Origin: Vibrio vulnificus CMCP6
GTDB taxonomy: Bacteria > Pseudomonadota > Gammaproteobacteria > Enterobacterales > Vibrionaceae
NCBI RefSeq assembly: GCF_000039765.1
Contig: NC_004459.3
Coordinates: 2,181,127 to 2,213,126 of the forward strand
DNA length: 32,000 nt
Direction: 5' to 3'
Shown here piece by piece: positions 8,865 through 15,794 of the stretch (positions are counted from its first letter, which is position 1; each line of letters opens with the position of its first letter). Below the pieces are notes generated by a model. The model did not search any database and had not been told where the DNA came from. It saw nothing but the letters and a program-made list of their open reading frames with translations. Both the position numbers and the translations under genes were made by a program.

Positions 8865-9499
8865 AGCCAGTATCACTAGTTCTAGAATCTCTACTTAGTG
8901 GCCGTTTTATCTGCCCAGCCACTGATCGTGAAGCTTACAAGACACTTAAAGAGGACCGAACACACCGAGAAATCAATCAAGCGTTGACTCTTATGGGCCG
9001 CGAGCTCCAATGTACGAGCAGAACCAGCGCCTATTATGTCACCTATAAAAGTATCGACGATCACAATCGTCGTCAGGTGACTACGTTGATGAGTAATGTA
9101 CACGGTATCATTCGACCTGTAGTTAAATTCGTGTCGACAGTCAGTGAGGCTGCTCAAGTTGAAGCGGTGATGGTTGGTGGTGATGAGTTAAATGTGCCTG
9201 TGCTGAGTGCGCAAATCCAATCGTCTCCTAGCTTGATGGAGAAACTCGATAGTATTTACCGACTCCCAAAAGTGAGTCGGAAAAAAGTGCGTGACAGTGC
9301 AGCGGATAAACTCAATGTGGTTGTCGAATTTCTGGTTAAGGAAGGCGTGGCTCATTTAGTAAACAAAGAGCGCCAACTCTATGTGATGACGGGAAAATTA
9401 GACTTTGTTTACGAGGTGCTCGATTTTATCGATACGCATGAAAAGATCGTTGAGACAGTTAACAAAGCAAACGAGAGTCAAGGGGAGTTCGACTTTTGA
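8861..9499 (+). CDS. uncharacterised 212-aa subunit (size and position of a JetB/MksE-type KITE protein; homology not shown)
   Basis: Its start overlaps the upstream stop as ATGA (8861-8864), which suggests translational coupling. No motif is recognisable by eye. The assignment rests on operon context only. Confidence 0.5.
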   Translation: MKPVSLVLESLLSGRFICPATDREAYKTLKEDRTHREINQALTLMGRELQCTSRTSAYYVTYKSIDDHNRRQVTTLMSNVHGIIRPVVKFVSTVSEAAQVEAVMVGGDELNVPVLSAQIQSSPSLMEKLDSIYRLPKVSRKKVRDSAADKLNVVVEFLVKEGVAHLVNKERQLYVMTGKLDFVYEVLDFIDTHEKIVETVNKANESQGEFDF

Positions 9500-9514
9500 T
9501 GAGCCCTCAAAACA

Positions 9515-10798
9515 ATGGGAAACATGGGTGGTGTTAACCACATGCTTCGTTTAATCAGCCAAGCAAAGGACACATTAACGCATGTTTTTGAAAATGGCAC
9601 GATACGTGAAACTCATGAAAACGCTAATGACCTACGTAAATTAAAAGAAGCCCGTGTCGTTATCGTGACAAGCCGCGGCTACCGTGTGCACCCTAAGATG
9701 GAAGCGCTGATGAACTATTTCCTTGAAACGGAAGCGAGTTCATTTCTTGGGACACAACATGCTGAGCGCATTCCAGAAATTCAGAGCTTAACGCAAGAAT
9801 ACCTGGAAGCTAAATTAAATGGCAAAAGAGAACAAGAGGCGGATAGGTTTAATAGCCTTGAAGGTGTCGTTTATGAAATCACAATGGACTTGCAAGAGTC
9901 TTGTCGTCGTTTAAGAAATCGTATCAGTTATGACTTTGGTTATGGCCATACGCTCACTCAGAAACAAAAAGAGAACCAAGTTGCTATAGAGCAAGCTGAA
10001 AAGCTTGTTACTGGCATGAAAGCTTTCTCTTTTAAGTTGTTGAGTGAAATGGCTGGAGATAACTCAGAGCTCAACACCTTGTTTTGTGCTGAAATGCACA
10101 GTGCGATTCGTAGTTGCCAACAAGAGCTCGGGTCTATCCTAATTCAACTTCGAGCTTTGATGCTGAAATATCGTAACCGCGAGCGAGATAAGGATCTGAT
10201 CAATGCCTTTGATCGGTTTATTGATCAAGAGCCACACTGGACCCCAAGTGACGATTTGATTTTGCCTGATGAGGTAGCAAAGCACGATGGTATACCGATG
10301 TTTTGGCTTTCAGAGCCTATACAATTTGCGCATCACCCAAATCCTGATGATTTGGACCAAGAGCCGGAATTGGCCGATATTGTTGAAAAAATTACGACAC
10401 AGCCTTCCGAACAAGAAGATCTTCCTGTTGTTGAAGAAGCTGAGCGCCGAAAATTGACACTTGATGTTGAAATACAAGAGTTGATTGAAGCGGACATTGA
10501 TTCTCATTGCGATAGCTTTTTTGCTGAAGCCTTTATTGGCAAGGGAAAAACCAGTATTTCCGCTTTGGAATATTACGAGAAAATCAATAATGATTTGCCG
10601 GAAGATCTTGACCCGCTCACTTGTGCTAAAGACGTGTGGCTATTTAGCGTGCTTAATTTCCATAGTTCAATGCTTCCCGAAGATAGCAAAGGCTTTACCG
10701 TTGAGCCTATCGGGTCTTATACCTATTTAGCAAAAGGTAGCAATATAGGTTACGGAAACCTTCACTTAGAAGATGTGTCTATAGCGAGGAAACTGTGA
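9515..10798 (+). CDS. uncharacterised 427-aa subunit (possible kleisin analogue, JetA/MksF-sized; homology not shown)
   Basis: It begins 15 nt after the previous stop. Alternative ATG starts lie at 9524 and 9542. The central part looks helix-rich and there is an acidic linker (DDLDQEPELADIVEKITTQPSEQEDLPVVEEAE). The functional call rests on context only. Confidence 0.5.
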   Translation: MGNMGGVNHMLRLISQAKDTLTHVFENGTIRETHENANDLRKLKEARVVIVTSRGYRVHPKMEALMNYFLETEASSFLGTQHAERIPEIQSLTQEYLEAKLNGKREQEADRFNSLEGVVYEITMDLQESCRRLRNRISYDFGYGHTLTQKQKENQVAIEQAEKLVTGMKAFSFKLLSEMAGDNSELNTLFCAEMHSAIRSCQQELGSILIQLRALMLKYRNRERDKDLINAFDRFIDQEPHWTPSDDLILPDEVAKHDGIPMFWLSEPIQFAHHPNPDDLDQEPELADIVEKITTQPSEQEDLPVVEEAERRKLTLDVEIQELIEADIDSHCDSFFAEAFIGKGKTSISALEYYEKINNDLPEDLDPLTCAKDVWLFSVLNFHSSMLPEDSKGFTVEPIGSYTYLAKGSNIGYGNLHLEDVSIARKL

Positions 10799-11688
10799 GT
10801 AGAATTATTGATGATCTAACTGGTAGTGATTTAAATCGGCTAAAACAACTTTTCTCTCCAGCAAAGGTTAATAAAGGTGCCAATGTAGCGCTAAGTGGCG
10901 TGTTTGATACTTTTCACCGTGATTTTAGCGTTGGGATCGCCAGAGGTGAAAATTTGCAACTGACGCCTAGAGATATGCGTCAAATTAGGAAGGTGATTAA
11001 AGAACAATCAGGCTTTGATCTTTTAACTGACCCTATCCCGAACTCTCGAACGGAGATGGCTCAGTTCTTTCCAAACGAGAAGCTAAGCTTAAGGCCTGTC
11101 AAAGACAAGATCATTAAAATTTATGGGATTTTGTCCACGAACATAAATGGCAAATCATATGACTTAGAAAAAGGCATGAACATTGAAATAGCTCTAAGTC
11201 ATTTGAAGAGCATTGAGCACAGCCAAGTTGTGATTGTTGAAAACTATGAGGCGTTTTCTAAGTTTAGACTGGTACCAGCCGACTTGGGGCCTAACCCACT
11301 TATCGTTTACCGGGGAGATAAGGACACTGGAGTAATATCAAAAGAAATTGCATTGGCTTTTCCAGACATAGAGCTTATAGCTTGGTTTGACACCGATCCT
11401 CAAGGTATTGCTTTAGCTTTATCATCGGGAGCGGTTTATATGCTGCTTCCACATTTATCAATAGATACTCTTAAAGAACTTGGGCGCTCAGAGTTATTTA
11501 CGGATCAATACCAAAACTGGAATCGAGTCTCAAAGCTTATCCCTCCTGAGTTAGAGTTCATAATGTCTAAGTTGGAGAAAGGGATCACCCAAGAATCAAT
11601 TGTGGCAAACAGAATAGTCCTGAAACTGCATCAATTTCAGTTATGTGGAGAGTCTGGAGGCCAAATCGAGGAATGCCTAAAGCCGTGA
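10795..11688 (+). CDS. short JetD/MksG-like Toprim-domain protein (putative nuclease)
   Basis: The GTG start overlaps the upstream stop as GTGA (10795-10798), with aggaaa upstream. Toprim-type motifs: VVIVENYEAF (E149, nt 11239-11241), VYRGD, and AWFDTDPQGIALAL (D199/D201, nt 11389-11397). At 297 aa it is shorter than my recollection of canonical JetD. Confidence 0.65.
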   Translation: MSRIIDDLTGSDLNRLKQLFSPAKVNKGANVALSGVFDTFHRDFSVGIARGENLQLTPRDMRQIRKVIKEQSGFDLLTDPIPNSRTEMAQFFPNEKLSLRPVKDKIIKIYGILSTNINGKSYDLEKGMNIEIALSHLKSIEHSQVVIVENYEAFSKFRLVPADLGPNPLIVYRGDKDTGVISKEIALAFPDIELIAWFDTDPQGIALALSSGAVYMLLPHLSIDTLKELGRSELFTDQYQNWNRVSKLIPPELEFIMSKLEKGITQESIVANRIVLKLHQFQLCGESGGQIEECLKP

Positions 11689-11744
11689 CACTGGAGTTTA
11701 GATTTAAATGATGTTTGCGTCAGATTAGGCTTGTCTGATGCATG

Positions 11745-11796
11745 CGAGTCTCTCTCCCCACATTCTTGAAGAAAGACATCCTAGGATGTCTTTTTT
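11745..11796 (+). repeat. right copy of island-bounding direct repeat (degenerate tRNA 3' end plus terminator)
   Basis: The sequence is cgagtctctctccccacattcttgaagaaagacAtcctaggaTgtctttttt. The two differences from the left copy's 39-nt core sit at paired positions of the hairpin stem and are compensatory (a G:C pair becomes A:T). Confidence 0.85.
11771..11796 (+). terminator. terminator hairpin in right repeat copy
   Basis: Stem aagacatc (11773-11780), loop ctag, stem gatgtctt (11785-11792), with the T-run continuing to 11796. Confidence 0.6.
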
Positions 11797-11916
11797 ATAT
11801 AAGATTACTAAAAATCAATAAGTTACTTTGGTAATCCCTCCGAATTTGTCCAACCAAATCCACTGTTTCAAGTAATACCCACGCTGTTTTTCTGATGCAT
11901 ACGATAATGAATGATG

Positions 11917-14823
11917 TTACTGCGTAATAACCTTTTTCAGCCTCGCAAATGTCTTCATCGAGTCATTGGCAGGCATTAGCTCGTAATCTGGGTTGTTCGC
12001 TTTTAGCCAGTAGCGCCCTTGTGCATCCTTCTGCACGACACGTAGTAGGTACTGATTCTCGCCCGAGCTATCTTGGATTTCGATAGCCATGGTGTTGCCT
12101 GTGATGGAGCCAGCGGATATTGGCGTCACAAACTCGAGTAACAGCAAATCGCCATCTAAAATGGGTGTCTTGCCACCGTTCATCGAATTGCCAGAGGCGC
12201 TGGCCAAGAAATGTTTTTGAGGATTGAGGTTAGCCATATCAACGGGGATGTGTTCAACCTCTTCGTGAGATCCAGTCTTAAAATGACCACAAGCGATCTT
12301 AAGGTTTGGGTAGTAGGGCAACAAGGTTCCTTCATTGGCTGCCTCTGCTGGAGTGGTCGGTTGTGCCACTGTTTGATGAGTCTGTTTAGGTTGCCTGTCT
12401 GAATACTGAGCAAGTTGTAGGTCCACGAGCTCTTTGACAAAGTCATGGAATGCTTGCTGCTGGAGTGGGGCGACATCAAAGTCAGCTTTGAGCTTTCCGT
12501 CGGCAAGCTTAAACCAAACTCGACTCTTGGTTTTGTTTCCACCTACAAATGCGTTGATAGGGTTACTAAGCCAATATTTCAACCATGCCTGAGAGTCTGC
12601 GGTTAAGCGTTGGTTGATCTCTGACAGGTCGGATGCCTTTAGCTTGGGATAACGAGACAGCACATGCCAACTTTTACTCGCGAGCACTTCGATACTCGGG
12701 GCATCTCTGAACCCATCCAGCTCGAGGTAGGCTTCAAGCAATATCGCTTTAAAACTCTTGGTCATGCTTGCTTTTTGGATGGCATTGGCAAAGAAGTCAC
12801 GATGTTCGCGAACGAGGTAATCTAACTCCGGATCCTTGTCCATACTTGCGACCAGCTCTAGCCAACTACCGTGCTGCTTGTTCACTTTGGCCAGGTCGTA
12901 ACCTGCTCGGTAATACTCGACTGCACGAGGTCGATGGCCCAAATGGTTGGTCAAATGTTCAAATTCTTCTTGAGCAGAATAGCGAAGCTGCTTTGTCAGC
13001 GTTTGCCAAAAATCGATGATTTTCGGATCGATGTTGGTAAAGCAACCTTTGCCTAATTCGGGCCGTGTTTGTGACTTATCACTCAACTGTTCGAGTGAGC
13101 TTGATGTGCTGATCCCTAAAATTTCTTTCTTGTTCAAAAACGAGCGATGGTTCCCAATGAAATCCAATACCACCAAGTGTGATTTGTCCGTGTGACGACG
13201 AAGTCCTCGGCCCAATTGTTGAATGAAAACGATGTTGGATTCAGTCGGGCGCAGCATTAGCACGGTATCGATTGAGGGTAAATCAGTCCCTTCGTTGAAC
13301 AGATCAACCGAGAAGAGAATTTGAATTTCTCCTTTATCCAGCATGCTTAACGCTTCATTACGACGAATGGAGGAATCACTGTGTACAGAAAGCGCCCTCA
13401 AGCCTTTATCTGCAAAAGTTTGATTGAAGTGCTGCGCCATAAAATCAGCGTGCTTTTTGGATACACAAAACGCCAAGGTGCGAGTTTGTTGCCTGTTTTG
13501 CCAATGTTTAAAAATATGTTTGGCACGTCGTGTGGTTGCAAACTGGGCGTCAAGGGCGGTGGGGTCAAATTTACCATTTCGCCATGGGATCTCTTGATAA
13601 TCGACCGAGTCATCCCAGATGCCGTAGTAGTGAAAAGGCACAAGAATTTCATCATTGATACCATGCACTAAGTTACGTTCAAACACTAAGTTGTCGTGGC
13701 AAAGCGAGAGGATGTTCGCTTGGTCTGTCCGTTCTGGAGTTGCTGTTAGCCCAAGTAAAAATTTAGGCTCGAAGTAACTGAGAATATTGAGATAGGTTTT
13801 GGTGCTGGCATGATGAAACTCATCTACCACGATGTAATCAAAATGGTCGGAAGCAAAGTGTTTGAGGTGTGCTGCTTTACCCAAAGTTTGCACTGAGGCA
13901 AACAGCATCTCTTTGTTTCTTTCTTTGCTCTTACCGTGATAGTAGCCTGCGGATTTTTGCGGCCAAAGTTTCGCGAAAGTCATCAGTGCTTGAGTCAGAA
14001 TTTCTTCGCGGTGAGCAACGAACAGAACTCGCTTTGCTTCCAGTTGTTTGGCATCAAACGCAGATAACCAAGTTTTCCCCATGCCAGTGCCCATCACAAC
14101 CAATCCACGCACATTTCCTTTTTGACGAGTCTCGCTGAGTCGCTGCAATGCGTCTAACTGTGCCGAGTTGGGTGAATATTCTTCGTTATCCAATAGCGTC
14201 GTATCACCGACTGCTGAAAGCTTGGGTGGTGTTCTTCTTTTGATGTAGCTGTCAATCCATTCATCCGTCAGCAATATGGCAGATGGATGATGAAACAGTT
14301 TGTCAAACTGGGTTCGGATATTGTGAAACTGCGCCGCTTGAAGGGAGTTGTCTGGTTGCTGGTAATCTAAACGTAGGCACCATTCATGGGCATCGGTGAG
14401 TGCGGTTTTACTGATGTTGTTAGAGCCAACAAAAGCAGCTCCTTGGTAAATGGAACGAGCTTCATCGCTGCGAACAAATATGTACGATTTGAGGTGAAAA
14501 CTGCGGTTATTGGTTTCAAAAATCTTAATTTCTATCTCATCTCCTTCTAGTTCGATCAGAGAACGCAACGCAATAGGATGAGTGATGTGCAGGTAATCTG
14601 ACGTTAGGATGCGCAGCTTTAAGGCCTGTTGGCGTGACTTTTTACGTTCAATCGCCTCGTGAATGCTTGGTAGAAGCAAGTCTAGACCAGAGGGTTGAAT
14701 AAAGGACACTGCAATCTCTATCTCGGTAGCATGGTTGATCGCGTGGATCAGCTGCGGCAGCAGAGGGTCTTCACCACCAGTGGTTAATAAGCTGTCTTTG
14801 ATAGTAAGCGACTGATTTGGCAT
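11917..14823 (-). CDS. PLD(HKD)-nuclease / SF2 DEAH-type helicase fusion with C-terminal LexA/UmuD (S24)-like domain
   Basis: 968 aa. HKD motif: FHLKSYIF...FVGSNNIS (H110/K112). Helicase motifs: I VVMGTGMGKT, II IVVDEFHH, III GLTATPER, VI QQLGRGLRR. A region of about 270 aa follows the helicase core. The C-terminus reads LPYYPNLKIACGHF...ASGNSMNGGKTPILDGDLLLL...YLLRVV...LKANNPDY, which matches the S24 fold pattern. Confidence 0.8.
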   Translation of the reverse strand: MPNQSLTIKDSLLTTGGEDPLLPQLIHAINHATEIEIAVSFIQPSGLDLLLPSIHEAIERKKSRQQALKLRILTSDYLHITHPIALRSLIELEGDEIEIKIFETNNRSFHLKSYIFVRSDEARSIYQGAAFVGSNNISKTALTDAHEWCLRLDYQQPDNSLQAAQFHNIRTQFDKLFHHPSAILLTDEWIDSYIKRRTPPKLSAVGDTTLLDNEEYSPNSAQLDALQRLSETRQKGNVRGLVVMGTGMGKTWLSAFDAKQLEAKRVLFVAHREEILTQALMTFAKLWPQKSAGYYHGKSKERNKEMLFASVQTLGKAAHLKHFASDHFDYIVVDEFHHASTKTYLNILSYFEPKFLLGLTATPERTDQANILSLCHDNLVFERNLVHGINDEILVPFHYYGIWDDSVDYQEIPWRNGKFDPTALDAQFATTRRAKHIFKHWQNRQQTRTLAFCVSKKHADFMAQHFNQTFADKGLRALSVHSDSSIRRNEALSMLDKGEIQILFSVDLFNEGTDLPSIDTVLMLRPTESNIVFIQQLGRGLRRHTDKSHLVVLDFIGNHRSFLNKKEILGISTSSSLEQLSDKSQTRPELGKGCFTNIDPKIIDFWQTLTKQLRYSAQEEFEHLTNHLGHRPRAVEYYRAGYDLAKVNKQHGSWLELVASMDKDPELDYLVREHRDFFANAIQKASMTKSFKAILLEAYLELDGFRDAPSIEVLASKSWHVLSRYPKLKASDLSEINQRLTADSQAWLKYWLSNPINAFVGGNKTKSRVWFKLADGKLKADFDVAPLQQQAFHDFVKELVDLQLAQYSDRQPKQTHQTVAQPTTPAEAANEGTLLPYYPNLKIACGHFKTGSHEEVEHIPVDMANLNPQKHFLASASGNSMNGGKTPILDGDLLLLEFVTPISAGSITGNTMAIEIQDSSGENQYLLRVVQKDAQGRYWLKANNPDYELMPANDSMKTFARLKKVITQ

Positions 14824-14837
14824 CGACTCTTTCCTAA

Positions 14838-15425
14838 CTATCGTCTAATAAGGATGGCGTTGAGCCATTGTTCCGATTCTCGACCCGGTCTTACGTCTGA
14901 CGTTACCCAAGTTTGCTTGATCGTTAAAGGTGATGTCGCGAGTGTTGTGTGTAGCTTATGCTCATCCATATCGGTAAAAAAACGTCCGTGACGTACTTGA
15001 GCCGCTTGACCATATTTGAATGAGCAGTAAAAGAGACCCTGCGGTTTTAACAATTGGCTTAGTGTGAAAAAGGTTGCTGCTAACTCTTCGTTTGGTACAT
15101 GCAGCAAAGAGGCACAAGCCCAAATGCCATCAAAGCTGTTGGGCTCGGCACGGAAGGTGTCAAACTTGGCATGGGTGACGTGTTGTTCTAAATGGCGAGA
15201 AGCCAGTTCAACCAAGGCTTGATTGGCATCGAACGCCGTCACTTTAAAGCCTAGCGCTTTGAAATGTTTGGCATCACGGCCAGAGCCACACCCCGCATCG
15301 AGAATGGCACCGTTTGGATTGAGGTGCGGCAGAAACTGGTCATACAGTTTCTGAACATCGACGCTTACGGTCGACTCGAAGAAAGATTGAGCATTCTTGG
15401 TGTAATATTGGTCGGTGATGTTCAT
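14838..15425 (-). CDS. class I SAM-dependent methyltransferase (small-molecule type)
   Basis: 195 aa. Motif I is ILDAGCGSGRDAKHF and the acidic post-I residue is in VTAFDAN. No DPPY/NPPY or PC-type DNA-methyltransferase motifs are seen. Its stop lies 14 nt upstream of the helicase start, so the two form an operon. Confidence 0.75.
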   Translation of the reverse strand: MNITDQYYTKNAQSFFESTVSVDVQKLYDQFLPHLNPNGAILDAGCGSGRDAKHFKALGFKVTAFDANQALVELASRHLEQHVTHAKFDTFRAEPNSFDGIWACASLLHVPNEELAATFFTLSQLLKPQGLFYCSFKYGQAAQVRHGRFFTDMDEHKLHTTLATSPLTIKQTWVTSDVRPGRESEQWLNAILIRR

Positions 15426-15794
15426 GGAGCGGACGGCCGGTGCATTGAAAGAGACTATTTTGCACTATCTGTTCTTTTTCTTCCACGTGGTACTGCCGTT
15501 TGCGTGATATTAACCTATTGATTCTGTTTAAGAGAAGAGGTTTTGTCGCTTACATCTATGACACTAAATTAAGAAAGATGTTCATCAAAGAATATTCCTT
15601 GAACGCTACAGGTTACAGTGATTTGAAGATGCTCGTTCATTGTCAGGCTGTAGTGGTCTACTAAAATTGGCCGCGTTTTTAGAGTTTTCCCAAAACAGGC
15701 CTTTTTTCATATCTGCACAAAAGCAATGCATCTCTGGATTTGATTCGGGATGGCCTTAAATAACAGACCATCCTTTTTGCATACAGCCACTTCA

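Larger units (their letters stand above)
2918..11757. mobile_element. tRNA-Ser-associated genomic island, integrase-less, AT-rich
   Basis: The segment is bounded by the direct repeats listed here. Single 60-nt lines inside it give 20/60 G+C (5401-5460) and 21/60 (7201-7260). Lines outside give 31/60 (28501-28560) and 29/60 (13201-13260). No integrase or recombinase ORF is present. Confidence 0.6.

Noticed and set aside
12180-12542. 120-aa ORF nested out of frame on the same (minus) strand within the helicase gene, plus plus-strand antisense ORFs at 12768-14138
   Set aside because: All are embedded in a 968-codon frame with clear PLD, helicase and S24 motifs. There is no independent coding evidence for any of them.
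14838-15425. Methyltransferase as the modification half of a classical R-M system with the PLD-helicase
   Set aside because: The fold is a small-molecule-type class I MTase of 195 aa. It has no DPPY/NPPY or cytosine-5 PC/ENV motifs and no target-recognition domain.
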